Of a stretch of DNA of 64,000 nucleotides, positions 60,001 to 64,000 are shown in pieces. Positions within the stretch are counted from its first letter, which is position 1. Every line of letters starts with the position of its first letter. The DNA is from Rebecca billardiae RCC1528 (lineage: Eukaryota; Protista; Haptophyta): NCBI GenBank assembly GCA_965240325.2, contig OZ251229.1:496001-560000 (forward strand), read 5' to 3'. Made by a program: the position numbers and the translations under genes. Below the pieces are notes generated by a model, which was given only the letters and a program-made list of their open reading frames with translations, searched no databases and had not been told where the DNA came from.

Positions 60001-61428
60001 GCGGCCGCCAAGCCGCCGCTGCGCATGGGCCTCGAGGCGGGCGCGCGCGCGCAGCTGTACGTGCTCGCGCCGGCCGCGCCCGAGCTCGCTGAGCCGGGCG
60101 ACACGCTCGAAGGCACGTTCACGCTCGCCAAGGCCGGCGTCGAGGCGGGCGGCTCGGGCAAGCGCCCCTCCGGCTGGGCCGTCGTGATGCTCGTGCCGCC
60201 CGCACCACCCAAGAAAGAGACGCAGCCGCCCGACGTGCCGCCCAAGCCGCCGGCGCCGCCCGCGCCGCCCAAGCCGCCGGCGCCGCCCGCGCCCGCCGAG
60301 GACGACGAGACGTCGGAGGCGCGGATGGCGCAGGCGGTGCGCGACCTCCGGCTCGCGCAGCTCGGCAGGCTCACGGCCAAGTGCAAGGCGGAGGCGGGGG
60401 GCGCCGCGCCCGCCGGCGCGCCCGCCGACGCGGGCTCCGCGGCCGCGCACGGCCCGAGCGCGCGCGAGCGCTACGACGCGCTCTTCGCGGAGCTGCGCGC
60501 AGAGCTGGAGCGCGTCGAGGCGGCCGGCGGCGCGAGTGGCGCGCGCGCGGACGCCGCGGCGCCCGGCGCCGTCCCGGACAAGCCCCTGCTCCCGCTGCTC
60601 GCAGCGCACGCGGCGCACCTGGACGCGCTGGCGGCGCGCGAGGACGGCGCGGCGCTGCGCGCGGTCGTGCACGCCGCGGGTGACGTCGTCGCGCAGGTCG
60701 ACACGCTGCGGCTGGTACGCGGAGCAGCGCGCGCGGCGCGCGCCGCGCCGGTGCCGTGCGCGCGCTCGCCCACGCGTGCGCCCTCGTGCGCCCGCCCTCG
60801 CCCACGATGCAGGCGGCCGCCTTCGGCGTCACCGTGGACGCGGACGACCCGGTGCGCCAGAAGCAGCGGCAGGCAGCAGACGAGCACAAGAAGGTGCGGC
60901 GCAGGATCGAAACGAGCCCTTCCAGCCTCCCGCCCGCCCACACGCAGATGGGGCGCGGCGGCGCGCGCCGAGCGCGCGGCGCAGCCCCGCGCGCGCAGCG
61001 GCGATTCTGACGGGCGGCGTGTGGCGTCCCGGCGTGCCCCGCGCGCCATTGCGCAGATGCTGGTGGACGCGCTCTCGCTCAAGGCGCTCGCCCTCGCTGA
61101 CCTGCACAAGCTCGCGGCCAAGGCGGCTGCGGCCGATGCGCTCGACGAGCTCGACAGCGGCGTGAGCGAGCTCCACCGCTGGGCCGCCCCGGCGGAGCAC
61201 ACGCGCGTACTGATGGCGTGGCATCGCGCGCACGGCCGACTGGCCCTCGCGCTCACCGCGCTGGAGGAGCAGCTCGGCAAGGAGAAGGGCACGCCTGCCA
61301 AGGCGGACGTTGAGCAACGCGTGCCGCTGCTGCGCGCGCTCGGGTGGGGGCACCTGGCGGATAGCATCGAGGCGCAGCTCGTGCGCAACTACCCGCTTGG
61401 GTACCCGCCGGTGTTCAACCGCCCCTAG
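57007..61428 (+). CDS. TPP2: Tripeptidyl-peptidase II (S8 family)
   Basis: PK.E.GA..F....P.FDGRGV, triad motifs FDTGVDP / HGTHVAGI / NGTSMAAPNACG, KIGD.RLGSMETG. Probable introns 60715-60812 and 60894-61056. Confidence 0.95.
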   Translation: MPPAAAGPSAAEVPKEEIGAAAFVRSNPRFDGRGVIVGVFDTGVDPAAPGLQTTTEGKPKILDLVDCTGSGDVDTSATADPSADGTLKGLTGRTLTLPRSWPPIASGESYHLGTKFAFELYPRGLVTRVKQERRKAFDEAHRRALAQVQAELAAAAASPASPSPPSPSVAKRAEDERKARVALLERMEKAHDDVGPLYDVVAYLDAAGVWRACLDTSEAGDLASCALLAPYRAERRHGTLDAASLLSYSLDVLADGARVSICVDAGAHGTHVAGIIGAHFPDRAELNGVAPGCQLIGFKIGDTRLGSMETGESLVRALGAALERGCHVVNLSYGEYAHVDNYGRFTAMAEDAVHKHGLVFVTSAGNNGPALSTCGAPGTSECAIAVGAFASAAMMGPQYSLRAPLPDIQYTWSSRGPNVDGALGVNISAPGGAIAPVPNWTLQARQLMNGTSMAAPNACGGVALLLSALLARGAEWNPALLRRAIENSAAQAPNATGGGLERWSLGAGLLDVGGAHEWLRARGGGAHAHVRYAVRATLHGVGAAAASAASHLAATSAGGARGVYLREPQHACADTVVADVLVSPTLPESRPNSEKVAVDVAVALRPSAPWLSCAPHLALTHGGKSFQLKLNLSALPPGAHYAHVAGFDSEAEADGPLFTVPVTVCRPHVNLLARGGGARGGGGAADSPCCAEFDAIPFHPGHIERRFVVPPAGATWATVRLSVRAAARSDGGAEPRLFVLHTAQLLPQVAVGRSESVSRVQLPLPAASEPAAEFTKSIAVEGGVTLELCVAQWWSALGDALVCVRVEFHGLVPESARVLLDGREPFTPLRVHAPFRRTALEPEGSLGTLRRAVRPSSAKLHPPCAPSKGCPGRGDVWPGARTSYEYVLAYRFSLKDAAEAVTVRFPALNGALYDSPYEAQLHALFDGHRRVLAWGDYYGGTSKVPAGEAEVRLCVRHECAAFLERLRAMPAILEIKLKDAIKLEFAHSRAAALGEPALAAAKPPLRMGLEAGARAQLYVLAPAAPELAEPGDTLEGTFTLAKAGVEAGGSGKRPSGWAVVMLVPPAPPKKETQPPDVPPKPPAPPAPPKPPAPPAPAEDDETSEARMAQAVRDLRLAQLGRLTAKCKAEAGGAAPAGAPADAGSAAAHGPSARERYDALFAELRAELERVEAAGGASGARADAAAPGAVPDKPLLPLLAAHAAHLDALAAREDGAALRAVVHAAGDVVAQVDTLRLVRGAARAARAAPVPCARSPTRAPSCARPRPRCRRPPSASPWTRTTRCARSSGRQQTSTRRCGAGSKRALPASRPPTRRWGAAARAERAAQPRARSGDSDGRRVASRRAPRAIAQMLVDALSLKALALADLHKLAAKAAAADALDELDSGVSELHRWAAPAEHTRVLMAWHRAHGRLALALTALEEQLGKEKGTPAKADVEQRVPLLRALGWGHLADSIEAQLVRNYPLGYPPVFNRP

Positions 61429-61863
61429 ACCCTCAGCGCCGCCCCCACTTCTCGGAGCCGGCCGCCGCCAATCCACGTCCACGTGCGCGCACGCAACATG
61501 TACGCTACTACATTGCCGCGATCAGCACGTTTAGCGCGGGGCACCGGTTGCAGTCGCGCCGGACCACGACCGGTGTAGATTGAAGATAGAGTCCGGGATT
61601 GTGGCTTGACTTAATTGGTTGGCTGACTGCTTGATGACGAACGAATACATTCGTCGCTTGCCAGATTGCATATTGAGATGGCCACGTGGTAACGGTGCGT
61701 ATTTCTTTTGGCGCGCGGGGAAAAGACCCCCCTCCCAAAAAGCCCGCTTCGAGAGCCGATCGAGAGCGGGCGCGGCTGCGGCAAGCTTTTCAGCTTGCCC
61801 GGTGCGCTCGGCCGCTCCAGACAGGCGCGAAGCGCGTCGGTCGGCGGCTGCGCGTTTTCGGCC

Positions 61864-62169
61864 ATGTCGGCACCCGACGGTAGCAAGAAGCGCAAGAAGG
61901 AGGATGACACGAAAATCAGCGAGAAGGCGGGCAAGTGGGCGGAGGAGTTTTCCACCCTAGGCGAGGATGACCAGTACACATATCTGGAGGAGATCGCGCC
62001 GCGCATGACTAGGATGCACCTGCAATTCTTGCAGGGTATCATCGGGTTCGACGAGGACGACGAGGAGGGCGAGGGCGAGTTTGACGACGAGGACGGGGAG
62101 GAGGATGACGACGAGGACGAGGACGAGGACGGCGAGGATGGCGCGGAAGAGGAGGAGGAGGACGCATAA
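61864..62169 (+). CDS. Small acidic protein (101 aa), probably nuclear
   Basis: Good start context (GCCATG), KKRKK NLS-like motif, short helical core, D/E-rich tail. Confidence 0.6.
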   Translation: MSAPDGSKKRKKEDDTKISEKAGKWAEEFSTLGEDDQYTYLEEIAPRMTRMHLQFLQGIIGFDEDDEEGEGEFDDEDGEEDDDEDEDEDGEDGAEEEEEDA

Positions 62170-64000
62170 GTGTGCGCTCGGGCGCCTCCCGGCCTGGCGC
62201 TCGCTTTGCGCGCAGGTTGCGCGTGTGCAGGTTGCTCGCAGCCGCAGGGGAGAACTCGAGCAAGCAGCACGCGGCATGCGGGGCCCGGTGGTGATGCTAT
62301 GCGGTGACGCCTGTGGGTTGCTCGTCTCGTCACGTCGTGGGGTCCTCCCGCGGCGCAGCACGCGATGGATCGCGCCGCGCAGGCGAGGCACGGGCACAGC
62401 CGCCCTTCACGTGGCCACCGATCTGGGCGCAAGGCAGCACTCGCGGCTCCACGCCACATTGCGCTGTCTCAGCGACCGCGACTGAAGCCGGCTTATCGAG
62501 GCGCCAGTCGGCTTCTTTGACCTGAGCTCGGCACACGCCGGCAAACATATGCGTGCGCCCAATTCGAGCTGCTGAGCTGCGATTCGGGAGGTGGGCGGCT
62601 CAGTCAGCGCGCTCTAAGCTGCTGCTCCGCATTGCTGGTTGACGCAGTGTCATTGACTGGCCTCTGCGATGCCGGTGTGGTCTCACTCACAGGAGGCAGC
62701 TGGGTGGGCTGCACCGGCGGGGCGGCGCGGCTGGCCAGCAGTCGACGGGCGCGTCTTCGAGTCTTGGCGGGCTGTCGCCGGCAGATCTCGGTGACGGTCG
62801 CCGCACGGCGTCGCACCATGATGACGGGTCCGACGTCACTCGGTCTCGGACTCGGTGGCTGTGCAGGCCGCTGCCAGGCTCTAGTACTGTCTATTGAACC
62901 TCAGGCTAGCTAAGTTTATTCGGCAGTTTATTAGAGCAGACTCGTCAGCAGCAGAATAATAACTGCTTATTAGTATTATTATTCAGAAATAAGCCCCGCG
63001 CCCGCTGACGGCATTATCATCGCGTCGGCATTTATCTAAGCCGCGGCCGGGCTGCGGGCATCCGTCATCATGATATCACGGGCCTCATGATGAGTCACTG
63101 CTGAATTGACCGTCATGGCTGTCAAGTGGCGAGTCATCGCCGCCCGCCCAGCGACGGCGTAGAGTGACCGTTCAGTACTGTCTGAAAACTTTACAGACTG
63201 ACTAGTAGTAGGACCGTACGCCCTATACGCCGCCTGCTGTCGTACGTGCGGACTGCGGGCCCTAAAACGTCAATAATAATTCGGCAGCCAGTAGCTTACG
63301 TCATCTGGGATGAATAACGGCGCGAGCGAGTAATACTACGCTGCCATGCCGAAATTATCGGAGGATTCGTCTCGGAGGCAACAGCCCGGCGAGGCCGGGC
63401 GAACACTCCGTGAACTTTCGACACAAAACACTCTACATGTTACCAATAAGCATGAGAGACGCACACAGCTCCGAGCTCGAGCTGCATCAGGCGAGATACT
63501 CTAGCTAAGTCTAAGACTTCTAGGACTATAATTATAAATTGTTGCTACTGATGATCGATTCTGGAGTATGATTTGACGGCGCGGCACGTACACGGACACA
63601 GTCTGATCCGACAGGGCTGCGTGTAGTCTGCAGCCTGAAAACCGTTACACGGCGGGGTCGCCGGAGGCGGCCGGAGGCAGAGGGTGCCGTGTAACGGCTT
63701 GGCTGCAGACTGGGTCAGCTGCGCGCGGAGGCCGATGCTTGGAGGCTGTGATGGGTATACCCCGTAACGGATCACGTCCGCGTGACTGGGGCCAACTCAG
63801 CTACATAAAGTATACCGGTACGTTGTGCCAAACAGGATGGATGACCTGTGCAGCGCGATCTCAATCTCGTCATGCAGAACACGTGCTTCGTAGCGGCTAG
63901 GACGAGGTGCGGGGACGATGAGATGGGAGTGCGCTGCTTGGAACCGAGCAGCGGACCGCGGAGCGGTTGCCGCTGCGGCTTGCTGAGTAGCCGTGGTCCT

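Overview
Eukaryotic nuclear DNA from a very GC-rich, compact genome with short GT-AG introns. A bipartite plastid-targeting leader and ciliary genes point to a flagellated alga with a secondary plastid, possibly a haptophyte such as Pavlovales (inference). Host genes, mostly arranged as tight divergent pairs: a thylakoid-lumen protein, a CFAP97-domain gene, a ~3,030-aa CPLANE1/JBTS17-like gene, a Rieske protein, a sulfotransferase, a WBP2/GRAM-like gene, Aquarius, a glycosyltransferase with an early stop, PPP4R2, a WD40 protein, an SGNH/TBL-like acyl-esterase, an alpha/beta hydrolase, a divergent beta-tubulin, TPP2 and a small acidic protein. The region ~24-52 kb is dense in mobile DNA. It holds (i) a truncated tyrosine-recombinase (DIRS-order) retroelement and two copies of a non-autonomous split-direct-repeat element; (ii) two related elements with hairpin/asymmetric-TIR ends resembling Helitron2/Helentron; (iii) a TA-flanked composite of two identical TIR-bounded 778-bp modules, inserted between two divergent genes. 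A decayed piggyBac-like ORF with an exonuclease-like domain lies at ~15-17 kb. All family calls come from recognising motifs by eye; no database searches were run.
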